A stretch of 64,000 bases of DNA, taken from Verrucomicrobiota bacterium (GTDB taxonomy: Bacteria; Verrucomicrobiota; Kiritimatiellia; CAIQIC01). Each line of letters begins with the position of its first letter. Position 1 is the first letter of the stretch. The notes under the pieces are model-generated. The model was not told the origin of the DNA, made no database searches, and saw only the letters and a list, made by a program, of their open reading frames with translations. The stretch is taken from NCBI GenBank assembly GCA_004321905.1, contig SCQF01000012.1, forward strand, positions 5,411-69,410, in the 5' to 3' direction. This document shows positions 26,088-36,655 of the stretch, one piece after another. The position numbers were made by a program, and so were the translations under genes.

Positions 26088-28529
26088 ATGTCCACGACAC
26101 CCGATACCATCGTTCTGTTGCCGGAGGATGAACTGCCCTTGTTGCCGCCGCGCACGCCACTCCGCCGTCCCGTGGCCGGACTGGCATTGGCGTTCTGTCT
26201 GGGCATCGGCTTGGGTTTGGAAATCCCTGGTACGCCACTGATTGTGCTGGCCACAGGTGGAGCTTTTGCGTTACTGGCGCTGCTATGGCGGCAACGTGGC
26301 ATAGCCGATTTTCTACTGGCGGCCAGCCTCGCCTGCGCCGGCTGGGCACAGGCCACGCTGGTGGCACACAATCCTTCGGCGCGCGAAATCACGGCGTTAT
26401 TAGCGCGGCCCGCGGAATATGTTGCCGTGCTCGGCGAAATACGCGACGCACCGACCGGGCAGCGCGACGACCGCACCGGCGAAATGATCTGGACGTTTCC
26501 CGTACGGCTCGAAGGACTGCGCCGCATCACTCATTGGCAACGGGCGGCAGGCGAGATTGAAGGCCGGATACGCGTGGCCGGCAGCGTCACGCCGCCACAA
26601 TTCGGCGAGCGGTGGCTCCTCACCGGCCTGCTGGGTCCCTATCAGCGATGGCGCGCGGGCGGCGAGACACCGGCGGGCTATCGGTTGGCGGCGGATTTTG
26701 TCGCATCACGGCGGCTGGCAGAAGCACACGCTTCGCTTTATGGCTTGTGTTTGGAGACACGCGCGGCCTGCGCCGATCTTTTGGGACGCGGTTTGGAAAA
26801 ATTCCCCGAACAAACCGGGCTGCTCCGCGCCATGATGCTGGGCACACGCGAGGACATAGGCGACGCGCTCTTCCGCGATTTCTCTGTAACGGGCACACTG
26901 CACATCATTGCCGTCAGCGGCACGCATGTGGCCGTGATCGCGCTACTGTTGCTGGCCATACTCCGCACAGCGGGATTAACACAGCCGTATTGGTTCTTTG
27001 GCCTCGCACCACTGCTGACATTCTACACACTGATGACGGGGCTGGCACCCAGCGCGATCCGCGCCTGCATCATGGCGCTGCTGTTTTGGATTGGACCCTT
27101 GCTCCAGCGGCGGCCGGATGGCCTGCTGGCGCTGGCATGGTCGGCGATCTTGATCCTTGCGTGGGATCCGACGCAATGGCTGGATATGGGTTTCATCTTG
27201 TCCTACACGGCCGTGTTGGGGCTGTTACTATTTTATCCACCGCTGGCTGCTTGCGTGCGGCGCGGGCTAAGCGCCGATCCGTGGCAATTACAGGCTGAAG
27301 CGCGGTCGCGTCGTTGGGCGCGGGCCACCGCGCGCTACGTGATTTTGCTGGCGGCTACTTCGTTGGCTGCGTGCCTGGCCACCACACCCATCACCGCACG
27401 CTATTTCAATCTGATCTCGCCGGTCGCACTGCTCGCCAACTTGGCGGTGGTGCCGGCGGCAGGTCTAATGATGGTGCTTGGTTGCCTGACGCTGGTCGGT
27501 GGTGCGCTATGGCTCCCGCTCGCCGGGATATTCAACAGCGCCAACCTGCTCGTCATCACCTTCATCACGCGTTGCACCGAGTGGAGCGCGGTATTGCCCG
27601 GCGGACATTTTTTCGTGCGGTCCCCTGGCTGGCCGGTGATTGCCGTCTATTACGCGCTGCTGGCAGCGGCCCTGCTTGGTGGGCCACGAACACGACGCGG
27701 CCTGGTCGTGGGACTGGTCTTCCTGTTTGGCAGCTTCGTGTGGCACGCCGCCACCGACCGCAATTTGGCCATCCACCTCTGGCGTCTGGGCGACGCCACC
27801 GTGGCGCTGGTGGATGCCCCCGGCGGCGACAAGTTGTTGGTGAACACCGGACCGCGCATTCTCGCGCGTGACTTGCTGCGGCGCATTCATGCGGAAGGCG
27901 TCGGCCAACTGCGCGCATTGGTACTGACCCGCGGCACCACGGCCCAAGCCGGCGGAGCCTGCGAACTGCTACGCCAAGTTCCCACCCGCGAACTTTGGTT
28001 GACGTCTGGTTCCGCGCCACCCGAGACGCAATTATGCGCGCAGCGACAAAACGTTACCGAACGTCATTTGGAAGCCGGCCAACTTTTTCCACTGGCGGGT
28101 GGCGCAGAGTTGGAAGTGTTCCATCCGGCCCATGGGTTGCGGACGCGGCGGGTCGAAGATCGGGCGCTTATTTTCCGCATCGCGCGCGGGCCGCTGGCCG
28201 TGTTATTTCTGAATGATGCCGGCGGGGGAGCGCTGGCGCAACTTGGGGCGCGGCCCGCGGAACCCGCGGCATCGTTTGTGCTGGCGGAAAAGATCGAAGC
28301 ACTGCCACCCGCGTCGTGGGCGCGTTTAGCCACGCGTGCAGTCATCACACCCGCTTCCGAACATCGGGAAACCCAGGAAGCCCAAGCCACCCTGGAGCAC
28401 AGCGGTCTACGTCTCTGGCGCATGGCCGAGGGCACCGCGCTGCATATCCGCTGGCCGGATGACCGGTATCGGGCACGCAAAACACCGATCACTCTTGACC
28501 CTTCGCCAACGACTCCGACAACGTTTTGA
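26088..28529 (+). CDS. comEC: ComEC/Rec2 DNA uptake channel
   Basis: GTLHIIAVSGTHV, PSAIRA, GFILSY competence-domain motifs; C-terminal degenerate MBL-like domain. Confidence 0.9.
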   Translation: MSTTPDTIVLLPEDELPLLPPRTPLRRPVAGLALAFCLGIGLGLEIPGTPLIVLATGGAFALLALLWRQRGIADFLLAASLACAGWAQATLVAHNPSAREITALLARPAEYVAVLGEIRDAPTGQRDDRTGEMIWTFPVRLEGLRRITHWQRAAGEIEGRIRVAGSVTPPQFGERWLLTGLLGPYQRWRAGGETPAGYRLAADFVASRRLAEAHASLYGLCLETRAACADLLGRGLEKFPEQTGLLRAMMLGTREDIGDALFRDFSVTGTLHIIAVSGTHVAVIALLLLAILRTAGLTQPYWFFGLAPLLTFYTLMTGLAPSAIRACIMALLFWIGPLLQRRPDGLLALAWSAILILAWDPTQWLDMGFILSYTAVLGLLLFYPPLAACVRRGLSADPWQLQAEARSRRWARATARYVILLAATSLAACLATTPITARYFNLISPVALLANLAVVPAAGLMMVLGCLTLVGGALWLPLAGIFNSANLLVITFITRCTEWSAVLPGGHFFVRSPGWPVIAVYYALLAAALLGGPRTRRGLVVGLVFLFGSFVWHAATDRNLAIHLWRLGDATVALVDAPGGDKLLVNTGPRILARDLLRRIHAEGVGQLRALVLTRGTTAQAGGACELLRQVPTRELWLTSGSAPPETQLCAQRQNVTERHLEAGQLFPLAGGAELEVFHPAHGLRTRRVEDRALIFRIARGPLAVLFLNDAGGGALAQLGARPAEPAASFVLAEKIEALPPASWARLATRAVITPASEHRETQEAQATLEHSGLRLWRMAEGTALHIRWPDDRYRARKTPITLDPSPTTPTTF

Positions 28530-29583
28530 AGCGCGGCTCTTTGCGCAATAGATCGAATTCTGGACGCGCCAGCCAACCCAACGCCTTGCGTGAATCCACC
28601 AACTTGATCGCGTGCTCCAACACATCGAGCGCTTGCGAACGTTTTTCCTCGATATGCGACAGCACTTGCGACAGCCGGAATTGAATCACCGAGGATTGCG
28701 GTGTGGCCTCGCCCAGCTCGCTCAACACGACCGCCGCTTTTTCCCAATTTGCCAGCTTGATGAGCATCATCGCGTAACTCTCCGTCGCCGAGACATCTTC
28801 GGGGCGCATACGCGTATAGTTGCCGAGATATTCCGCCGCCTTGGGCAAATCGCCGTTCCGCTGCCGGATCATCGCCAGATTGAAATAGGCCAACGCGTAG
28901 TTGGTGTCCATCCCGACGGCGGCCAGCAGACACGCCTCGGCCTTGGCCATGTTGGTCAAACCAAGATAAGCGATACCGAGGTTGTTGACCACGCCGAAGG
29001 ACGGCGGCTCCGCCTGCAACGACTGCTCGAACGCCTGCGCCGCGGCGGCATAATTCTGTTGCTGGAGATAGATCAAGCCTTGCAGCCGCGTAACACCTTT
29101 CATGCCTGGAAAAATTCGCTGGGCTTTGTCGAGTTCCTCCAACGCGACCGCATAACCGCCACTCTGCGCGGCCTTTTCGCCTTCGAGCAAGTGATAGACC
29201 GCCTGTTTCACCCAATCCACCGTCAACTCCGCCGGCTTGTCCGGCAGTGGTGTAGGCCGGATGTACTTCAAAGGATCAATCAGGTAGAGCGGTAAGGTCT
29301 CCTCGACCGGCGTATTGGCGGTGCGCGCGGTTTCCGTCACAACCCGTTCCTCTGGATGATAGAGGCCCTTTTTGTTGCGGCTCGTCCAATAATAAATCAT
29401 GCCGATCACGAGCACCACCGCCAGAACGGTCACCAGCAAGAGCGCGATGGCTTGCCGCCGCTGACGCAGCAACAATTCCCGCACAAAGAGATCCATTTGC
29501 GAAGGACCACCTGGGGCCGCCGCCGGCTCGACGGGCTTGGCCGGAACTCCGCTACCATAAATGTTGCCGCGCTGCTCATTCAT
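28489..29583 (-). CDS. Membrane-anchored tetratricopeptide repeat protein
   Basis: One TM helix, then TPR motifs (NNLGIAY, AYFNLA). Confidence 0.85.
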   Translation of the reverse strand: MNEQRGNIYGSGVPAKPVEPAAAPGGPSQMDLFVRELLLRQRRQAIALLLVTVLAVVLVIGMIYYWTSRNKKGLYHPEERVVTETARTANTPVEETLPLYLIDPLKYIRPTPLPDKPAELTVDWVKQAVYHLLEGEKAAQSGGYAVALEELDKAQRIFPGMKGVTRLQGLIYLQQQNYAAAAQAFEQSLQAEPPSFGVVNNLGIAYLGLTNMAKAEACLLAAVGMDTNYALAYFNLAMIRQRNGDLPKAAEYLGNYTRMRPEDVSATESYAMMLIKLANWEKAAVVLSELGEATPQSSVIQFRLSQVLSHIEEKRSQALDVLEHAIKLVDSRKALGWLARPEFDLLRKEPRFKTLSESLAKGQE

Positions 29584-29633
29584 GCTTGGAAAATAGCAGG
29601 ATTGGAGATTTGCAGTCAACGCCGGGGTATACC

Positions 29634-29684
29634 TTTTCCAAACCTTGGAAAAGCGCCGCCGCTATTTTTCCAGGGCTTGGAAAA
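29634..29684. repeat. Palindrome doublet abutting the aminotransferase stop codon
   Basis: TTTTCCAAACCTTGGAAAA / 13 nt / TTTTCCAGGGCTTGGAAAA. Confidence 0.9.
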
Positions 29685-30881
29685 TCAGGCGCGCAGCGCC
29701 GCGGCCAGCGCCGCGCACAAATAGTCGAAGTTCGCCGGCGTGATGCCCGCGACGTTGATGCGCCCACCGGCAACGATGTAAATGCTCCGCTCGACGCGCA
29801 GCCACGCAACTTGCGCGTCGCTTAGCCCGCTGAACGAGAACATCCCCTTCTGGCGGGCGATGAAATCGAAGTTGCCGGGCGCGCCGTGCGCCTGCAAACC
29901 CGCAACGAACTTGTGCCGCACACCGCTGATGTGGTGCCGCATGGCATCCAGCTCGCCGAGCCACTGCCGCTTTAGTTCCGGCGTCGTCAAAATATGGCTG
30001 ACGATCAGACTGCCGTGCGCCGGTGGATTCGAGTAATTGACACGGATCACGCTTTCGATGTTGCTGAAGGTCGCACCGGCGGCGTGGGCATCGGCAGCCA
30101 GCAAGGTCAGCGCGCCGGTGCGGTCTTGATAGAGGCCGAAATTTTTGGAGAAGCTGCTGGCGATGAGCAATTCCGGGCATTGCGCCGCCAACGCGAGCAC
30201 ACTGGCGCGGTCGGGTTCAAGACCATCGCCATAACCTTGATAGGCGAAATCCACGAACGGCAGCCAGCGGCGCGCGGCGGCAATGGCGGCGACCTCTGCC
30301 CACTGCGCCGGCGTCAAATCCACGCCGGTCGGATTGTGGCAGCAGGCGTGCAGCAAAACCACGTCGCCGGCCGGAATTTGTCGCAGCGCGGCGAGAAACG
30401 CGGCGTGATCGAGTTCCTTGGTCGCCGGGTTGTAGTAGGGATATTCCTTGACCGTGAAGCCGGCGGCAGTAAACACGCCGCGGTGGTTGGTCCACGTCGG
30501 TTTGCTCAACCAGACGGACGCCTGCGGAAAAAATTTGCGCAGAAAATCCGCGCCGACGCGCAACGCCGCGGTGCCGCCGGGCGTGTGCGCCGTCCGCGCG
30601 CGCTGATCGCGGAGCGCGGGATGCTCTGCGCCAAAAACCAGCTCCTGCACCAACCTGCGGTAGGTCGGATCGCCGGCAATCGGCATATAGGATTTGGTTT
30701 GGGCGGCGGCCAGAATCGCGGCTTCGGCGGCTTTGACGCTGGCCAAAATCGGCGTCCGGCCGGTCTCATCCACGAAAACACCGGCACCAAGATTGACCTT
30801 CCGCGGATTGGCGTCGAGCTTGAAGGCCTCGGTCAGACCGAGAATGGCATCCGGTGGCGCAGCGGTAATGGCTTCGAACAT
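29685..30881 (-). CDS. aspC: Aspartate/aromatic amino acid aminotransferase (class I)
   Basis: PPDAILGL, LHACCHNPTG, DFAYQG, SFSKNFGLY, GRINVAG. Confidence 0.93.
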   Translation of the reverse strand: MFEAITAAPPDAILGLTEAFKLDANPRKVNLGAGVFVDETGRTPILASVKAAEAAILAAAQTKSYMPIAGDPTYRRLVQELVFGAEHPALRDQRARTAHTPGGTAALRVGADFLRKFFPQASVWLSKPTWTNHRGVFTAAGFTVKEYPYYNPATKELDHAAFLAALRQIPAGDVVLLHACCHNPTGVDLTPAQWAEVAAIAAARRWLPFVDFAYQGYGDGLEPDRASVLALAAQCPELLIASSFSKNFGLYQDRTGALTLLAADAHAAGATFSNIESVIRVNYSNPPAHGSLIVSHILTTPELKRQWLGELDAMRHHISGVRHKFVAGLQAHGAPGNFDFIARQKGMFSFSGLSDAQVAWLRVERSIYIVAGGRINVAGITPANFDYLCAALAAALRA

Positions 30882-30918
30882 AGGGCCCTCGTGAATGTGG
30901 CGATGACCGCGCAGCGGC

Positions 30919-32082
30919 TCAACCAAAGTATTTTTTGACCCACGGCGTAATCAGGTCTTCCTCGACTTTGACGATCTTCAATTCGCGCGCGGCATTTTCC
31001 GGCGAATCGGAGGCGTGCGCGGCGTTGACCATCACGTCGCGTCCGAATTCGCGGCGCACGCTGCCGGGTTGCGCCTTGCTGGGATCGGTGGGGCCTAGAA
31101 TACTGCGAATTTTTTCGACGGCCTGGGGGCCGGCATAAATCAGCGCGAGGCAACGCTCGTTACCGGGCTTCTGCTTCTCCGCCGCCGTACAATGGTTCGG
31201 CATCTGGCCGGTCATAAACTGGATAATTTGGAAAAATTGGTTGTCACCGTAGAGCGGGCCGAACATCTCGCCCAAGGTTGCTTTGGTTTCCGCCGAAATT
31301 TCAAACCCGAGCTCGGCGGCCAGCGCCTTGGCGGCTTTTTCCGCCACGACGCCTTTGAGCTTCTCGCGCAACACCTGCTGCACCGGCCCATAAAACTGCT
31401 CGGCCTCGGCCACGCTCATGCGATGCACTTTCGCGGCCACGATGCGCAGGCCGGACCCGGAGAACAGGTCAATGATGTTGCCGGGCCGCGAACTGGGGAA
31501 ACGAAAGTTGTCGGGCTTGATCAACACGAGCGTCTTTTGAATATGATTTTCGCGCGGCACGTCCGCCGCTTCTTCGACCACACCGCCATCGGTGGGCGAG
31601 AACTCGGCCCACAGTTTCAGCGCCGCCTTGACCGACGCCACGCTGGCGCCGATCAACACCGCCGGCTCGAAATAACGCACCTTGCCATGTTCATCGAGGA
31701 CATAGTCGCCGTAGGTGTCGCGCACGGTTTCCGCCGCATCCAAACCGGTGCCGATATGCCCGGTGGCCTTGATGATTTTCTGCACGGCGTCCTCGCCCTC
31801 GAAAAGCAGCATCAACACGCGACGCCGGCGGCCCGAGCGCGCGTCCGGCAGGTAAGCGCCGAGCACGTAATCGCTCAAGAGTTGCCGCTCGACGGCATCG
31901 AGGTCCGCATCGTTGCGGATACACGCGGCATATTTTTCCACCAGCTCGCGGCTCGGCCCAAACATCCGCGCCGCCACGAGGTCCAGCCCCGTGCGACTCA
32001 TCAAACGGCCAATCGCCCCGCCCGTACGCGATTTGGCAATCGTGTACGGATTGATCAACGCAAAAGCTAACTCTTTGGACAT
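30919..32082 (-). CDS. ndk: Two-domain nucleoside diphosphate kinase
   Basis: Second domain TLVLIKPD...GPTDP..A.PGSVR...NAAHASDS; first domain homologous but without the His motif. Confidence 0.85.
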   Translation of the reverse strand: MSKELAFALINPYTIAKSRTGGAIGRLMSRTGLDLVAARMFGPSRELVEKYAACIRNDADLDAVERQLLSDYVLGAYLPDARSGRRRRVLMLLFEGEDAVQKIIKATGHIGTGLDAAETVRDTYGDYVLDEHGKVRYFEPAVLIGASVASVKAALKLWAEFSPTDGGVVEEAADVPRENHIQKTLVLIKPDNFRFPSSRPGNIIDLFSGSGLRIVAAKVHRMSVAEAEQFYGPVQQVLREKLKGVVAEKAAKALAAELGFEISAETKATLGEMFGPLYGDNQFFQIIQFMTGQMPNHCTAAEKQKPGNERCLALIYAGPQAVEKIRSILGPTDPSKAQPGSVRREFGRDVMVNAAHASDSPENAARELKIVKVEEDLITPWVKKYFG

Positions 32083-32154
32083 GGTTGCTCCTAAATGAAC
32101 CGCAGGGAAAATAGGGTTTGTGCCCACGGGAATCAAGTGGGGAGTTGCGGCGCG

Positions 32155-32205
32155 ATTTCCCAGCCTTGGAAAAAGCGCCTATTCCGTTTTCCAAGGCTTG
32201 AAAAA
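32155..32205. repeat. Palindrome doublet (19+13+19 bp)
   Basis: ATTTCCCAGCCTTGGAAAA / 13 nt / TTTTCCAAGGCTTGAAAAA. Confidence 0.88.
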
Positions 32206-32207
32206 GT

Positions 32208-32735
32208 TCAGTCCCGCGCGGCGAGATGCAACGCCACGTAGAGCCGCGGATCCACATAGCAACCGCGGACACGCTGCGCCGCCAGCCAGGCATCGGCCTC
32301 CGCGAGCGGCACTTCGTGCACCACGATGTCCTCGCTTTCATCGCCACCACCGGCGTGGATTTTTTTCAAGCCGTAGGCGCGAAAGAAGGTGATGAGCGAT
32401 GACGATAGGCCCGACGACAACGGACTGTGAAAGAGGAATTCCAGCCGCGTGGCGGCGTAGCCGGTTTCTTCGAGCAGTTCACGGCGGGCGGCCACGGCGA
32501 GGTCTTCGTGCTCCGCCCCGGCGAGATCACCCACCAAACCGGCGGGCAACTCGATCACGCGCGCGTCCAACGCACGGCGCAGTTGCTCGACCAACACGAG
32601 CTGGCGGTCGGCGGTGATCGCGATGATGGCCACGATGCCACGAATGCTGTGACGCTCAACATATTCCCAGCCGTCGCGATCCAGCAGGCGCAGATATTTG
32701 CCCTCGCCCAACACACGCCCTTTGGATTTCTTCAT
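32208..32735 (-). CDS. NUDIX hydrolase (ADP-ribose pyrophosphatase-like)
   Basis: IELPAGLVGD...AARRELLEETGY. Confidence 0.9.
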   Translation of the reverse strand: MKKSKGRVLGEGKYLRLLDRDGWEYVERHSIRGIVAIIAITADRQLVLVEQLRRALDARVIELPAGLVGDLAGAEHEDLAVAARRELLEETGYAATRLEFLFHSPLSSGLSSSLITFFRAYGLKKIHAGGGDESEDIVVHEVPLAEADAWLAAQRVRGCYVDPRLYVALHLAARD

Positions 32736-32837
32736 GCCGGTGTGATAACCCGCCTGCCGCGCCGTGGCAAGCGTTCTCCGCAGGCTTGCCGGACGCAGAC
32801 CAAAAGACTACAAACACGGCGCGGAAAGGAATGATCC

Positions 32838-33773
32838 ATGAACGTGCCACCCATCGCCTATTTCAAGCCGCTGGAAACGGCGTGGAACAAGATGAAGAAT
32901 TTGCTGTTCCGCCCGTTCGACCTGACGCGTTGGCTCGCGATCGGCTTCACCGCTTGGTTGGCCACGCTGGGCGAGCAAGGCGGTTCTTTCAATTTCCACG
33001 ACGTACATCACCGCCCGGACGTCGGTGCGTTTGTTCACGAACACATGGTGCTCATCATCACCTTGGGCAGCATTGCGGCGGCACTGATTCTGGTCTTGGC
33101 GTTGGTGCTGGTGTGGCTGAGCGCGCGCGGCGAATTTATGTTCCTCGATAATTGCTTGACGGGTGTGGCGCGTGTTGCCGAACCTTGGCAACGCTGGCGG
33201 CGACAGGGTAATTCGCTGTTCATATGGCGGATGGTTTATGGTTGCGTCATCCTAGCCGTGTGCGTCGTGCTGGCGGGACTGTGCGTCGCTCTGGCTTGGC
33301 CGGATATCCGCGCCCGGGTTTGGGGCGGACGGGCCATCGCTGCCGTTGTGGCGGGCGGTCTTTTGTTACTGCTGCTGTCACTGGTGATCGGCTATGTCAG
33401 GATATTTCTGAGTGACTTTGTGGTGGTGTTGATGCGGCGACACGAACTCAAGACCAGCGCGGCCTGGCAAATTTTTCTGCGGTTGTTCCGCACACAACCC
33501 GGTCCGTTTTTGCTCTACGGCCTGCTGCGATTTGCCGTCGGTCTGCTCATTTTCACGGCGGTTTTCCTCGCCGGTTGCTTGACCTGCTGTTGCGGCTTCT
33601 TGATGCTGGCCATTCCGTATGTTGGCACGGTGCTGCTGTTACCACTGCCGGTCTGGCAGCGTTACTGGGGCGTGGAATTTCTGCGCCAGTTCGGTCCGGA
33701 TTACGACGCATGGCGGCTTGATCCACCGGCATTGCCGCCAACCTCCGCAAGACCCACCAGCATCGCGCCATGA
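32838..33773 (+). CDS. Hypothetical integral membrane protein
   Basis: Several TM helices; ATGA overlap with the downstream glycosyltransferase. Confidence 0.75.
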   Translation: MNVPPIAYFKPLETAWNKMKNLLFRPFDLTRWLAIGFTAWLATLGEQGGSFNFHDVHHRPDVGAFVHEHMVLIITLGSIAAALILVLALVLVWLSARGEFMFLDNCLTGVARVAEPWQRWRRQGNSLFIWRMVYGCVILAVCVVLAGLCVALAWPDIRARVWGGRAIAAVVAGGLLLLLLSLVIGYVRIFLSDFVVVLMRRHELKTSAAWQIFLRLFRTQPGPFLLYGLLRFAVGLLIFTAVFLAGCLTCCCGFLMLAIPYVGTVLLLPLPVWQRYWGVEFLRQFGPDYDAWRLDPPALPPTSARPTSIAP

Positions 33774-34573
33774 AGTTTTCCATCATCACTCCCAACTTCA
33801 ACGGCGCGCGATTTTTGGAAACCGCGCTGACTAGCGTGGCCGCGCAGCGCGGGCCGGACGTCGAGGTGGAGCATTGGATCATGGATGGCAGCAGCACGGA
33901 TGGCTCGCAAGAGATTATTCAGCGCTTTCTCGGACCAGAAACATTTCTTGTGACCGAACCCGACCGCGGGCCGGCCGATGCGATCAACAAGGGGTTGCGG
34001 CGCGCCACCGGCGACATCGTAGCGTGGCTGAACGCCGATGACCGCTATCATGCTCAAGCCCTGCGCCGTGCCGCCGAAATATTTACCGCACAACCCTGCG
34101 CAGCTTTTGTTTTTGGCCACTGCCGGATCGTCAATGAGGGCGATGCGGAAATCCGGCGCGGCATCACCCGTTTCAAGGAGATGTTTTTCCCGTGTTCTTC
34201 TCGTTTCACGTTCCAGTGCATCAACTATGTTTCTCAACCGGCCATGTTTTTCCGTCGTACGGCCATGGCGCGTGCCGGTTTTCTGCGCACCGACCTCAAA
34301 GCCGCTTGGGATTATGAATTCATGTTGCGCTTGTGGCATCACGGTGGCGCGGCCTGCGCACCCGGCGCACCGTTGGCGGATTTCCGCTGGCACCCCGGCT
34401 CTATCAGCGGCCAGACGTTCCGCCGCCAATTCCGCGAGGAATGGGAGGCCGCTGTTGCCGACGCCGGTCGCTACTCGCTGCAAGCGCTTATTCATCTCGG
34501 CGTACGCTTCGGCATCGTCGGCAGTTATAAGCTCATGGCCGCTATTCGGAGCAAAGGAACTGCATGCGCATAG
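33770..34573 (+). CDS. Glycosyltransferase family 2
   Basis: SIITPNFN, DGSSTDGS, AINKG, WLNADD. Confidence 0.92.
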   Translation: MKFSIITPNFNGARFLETALTSVAAQRGPDVEVEHWIMDGSSTDGSQEIIQRFLGPETFLVTEPDRGPADAINKGLRRATGDIVAWLNADDRYHAQALRRAAEIFTAQPCAAFVFGHCRIVNEGDAEIRRGITRFKEMFFPCSSRFTFQCINYVSQPAMFFRRTAMARAGFLRTDLKAAWDYEFMLRLWHHGGAACAPGAPLADFRWHPGSISGQTFRRQFREEWEAAVADAGRYSLQALIHLGVRFGIVGSYKLMAAIRSKGTACA

Positions 34574-35703
34574 GCGTCAACACTCTATTTCTGATTCCCG
34601 GCGAAGTTGGCGGTTCGGAGACCTATCTGCTCGAAACCCTCCACGCCTTGGCCGGCACGCAGCCAGACGTGGAGTTCTTACTCTTCACCAACCTGGAGAA
34701 TGACGCCTTTCTGTGCGAACGATTCAGCCCTTTTCCCAATGTAGATTTTCATTTGCTACCTTTCCGGGCGCGTAATCGTGTTGTGCGTATTTTGCGTGAG
34801 CAATTCGAACTGCCACGCGTTGCCGAGGCGGCCGCCGTGGACGTGCTCTGGTCGCCCGGCTATGTCGCGCCGCTGCGCGCTCCGTGTCCGCAAGTGGTCT
34901 CGATTTTGGACATGCAATACCTGAGTCATCCGTCCGATCTTGCCTGGTCGGCGTGGCTGGCAACCCATGCGTTGGTGATGCAAACCGCCAGGCGTTGCGA
35001 TCACATCCTGACGCTCTCGGAATTTTCCAAGCGCGAGATCGTGCGCCATACCGGTGTTGACCCCGCGAAAGTGACCCCCACCCTGTTGGCCGCCGGTGAT
35101 ATCTTCTTTACGCCACAGCCGCCAGACATGTTGGCGCACGTCCGGCGCGAGTTGGTCGGTGATGACACGCCCTATATCTTCTGCGTCGCCAACACCTATC
35201 CACATAAAAACGTTCACCGATTGATTGAAGCGTTCGGCGTATTGCAAACGGAGTTCCCCCATCGTTTGGTTTTGGAAGGTTTGCCGCGCCGCGGCGAACG
35301 GCGTGTCCAAGCGGCGCTGGCGCGACTGCCCGACACCCACCGCGTGACGCGGCTGGGCCGCACGCCGCGCGCCGAACTGGCCGCACTCTATCAAGCCGCC
35401 GATTTGTTTGTTTTTCCCTCGCTCTACGAAGGCTTCGGCCTGCCGGTGCTCGAGGCGATGGCCGCGGGAACGCCGGTCGTGGCGATGCGTCAAGCTTCGG
35501 TGCCGGAAGTTGGCGGCGACGCCATCACCTATTGCGAACACGATGACACGCCAGAACTAGTCGCCTGCATCCGCGAGATGTTGCGGCTTGATCCCGCCGC
35601 CCGCGCTGCGCGAATCGCCGCCGCCCGCACGCGCGCCGCCACCTTCAACTGGAACCACACCGCCGGCGCTATTGCCGATGTGCTGCGCGCGACCGCCGCT
35701 TAG
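34564..35703 (+). CDS. Glycosyltransferase family 4
   Basis: PHKN, FPSLYEGFGLPVLEAMAAG. Confidence 0.92.
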   Translation: MRIGVNTLFLIPGEVGGSETYLLETLHALAGTQPDVEFLLFTNLENDAFLCERFSPFPNVDFHLLPFRARNRVVRILREQFELPRVAEAAAVDVLWSPGYVAPLRAPCPQVVSILDMQYLSHPSDLAWSAWLATHALVMQTARRCDHILTLSEFSKREIVRHTGVDPAKVTPTLLAAGDIFFTPQPPDMLAHVRRELVGDDTPYIFCVANTYPHKNVHRLIEAFGVLQTEFPHRLVLEGLPRRGERRVQAALARLPDTHRVTRLGRTPRAELAALYQAADLFVFPSLYEGFGLPVLEAMAAGTPVVAMRQASVPEVGGDAITYCEHDDTPELVACIREMLRLDPAARAARIAAARTRAATFNWNHTAGAIADVLRATAA

Positions 35704-35707
35704 CTGG

Positions 35708-35758
35708 TTTTCCAAGGCTTGGAAAACCAAAACCTTTCTTTTTCCAAACCTTGGAACA
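35708..35758. repeat. Palindrome doublet (left flank of glycan island)
   Basis: TTTTCCAAGGCTTGGAAAA / 13 nt / TTTTCCAAACCTTGGAACA. Confidence 0.9.
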
Positions 35759-36033
35759 CAATTCATCAACTGCGGCATAGAAGACATACACTATGTGATC
35801 GGCCGCAACAAAATGGTACCGGAGAACTGAACCGTACGCGTCTTAAAGGCCGAGCGCATCGGGGGCACTCGAAGCTCGAGTCTTGCGGCCTGTTGGGGCG
35901 GAGCCGGCGGGGATCAAGCAACCACGGTGCCGCGGGTTTAGAATTAACTGGACAGGCTCACGTGGTGGCGTTACAAGTTTTACGGATTTTTAAAACATCA
36001 AAATCCAGGGTCCGCTCCGGAGCGGACGGCGTG

Positions 36034-36642
36034 ATGATGAGGCGGGTTCGCAATAAGGGGTTGGCCGGTCTCGTGAACGACGACCAAGGGCGGCAGCTTG
36101 GCCGAAAAGGGCCGTTGGGTGTTTCAGGGACACCCCCGAGCGATCTGACGCAACAAGCACGACGGCAACTAGTGGAAGTGGGCGGGCGAACGTCGAAAGA
36201 TTTGGGTTTAGGGCGGATCGTCGGGCAGCTATTGGTTTACCTATATCTCTGGGACGGCGATTGCTCGTTGGATCAGATCTGCGAAGAACTACGGTTGAGC
36301 AAGGCCGCGGTGAGCATAGCGGCCCGGCAACTTGAGGGATTGGGACTGATTCGGCGGACATGGCGACCGGGAGATCGGAAGAAATACTATCGAACCGCAG
36401 ACACCATCGGTGTGGCGCTGCGGCAGGGATTGTTGCATTTGGTACGCAGCAAGGTTGAATCCTTGGCATCCGAACTCGATGCAACTCATGCGGCCCTGAA
36501 AAACGGTGCCCGCACAGCTCCGCTTAACAAAGAATTGCAGTTCCTCGCCACACGCGTTGGCCGGGCCAAGGTGCTGCGCGATCACGCCGCCACCATATTG
36601 GGCAATCCGCTGCTCCGGCTTTTGGTGCCGGCGAAGACTTGA
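36034..36642 (+). CDS. GbsR/MarR-family transcriptional regulator
   Basis: LGLGRIVGQLLVYLYL...SLDQICEELRLSKAAVS...GDRKKYY. Start uncertain; a short inverted repeat GGATTTT/AAAATCC lies at 35984-36006. Confidence 0.82.
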   Translation: MMRRVRNKGLAGLVNDDQGRQLGRKGPLGVSGTPPSDLTQQARRQLVEVGGRTSKDLGLGRIVGQLLVYLYLWDGDCSLDQICEELRLSKAAVSIAARQLEGLGLIRRTWRPGDRKKYYRTADTIGVALRQGLLHLVRSKVESLASELDATHAALKNGARTAPLNKELQFLATRVGRAKVLRDHAATILGNPLLRLLVPAKT

Positions 36643-36655
36643 ACAGGAAAAGTTT

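Noticed and set aside
26088..28529. Palindrome as a DNA uptake sequence linked to comEC
   Set aside because: Known uptake sequences are non-palindromic and frequent inside genes, whereas these copies are almost all intergenic. comEC proximity is uninformative.
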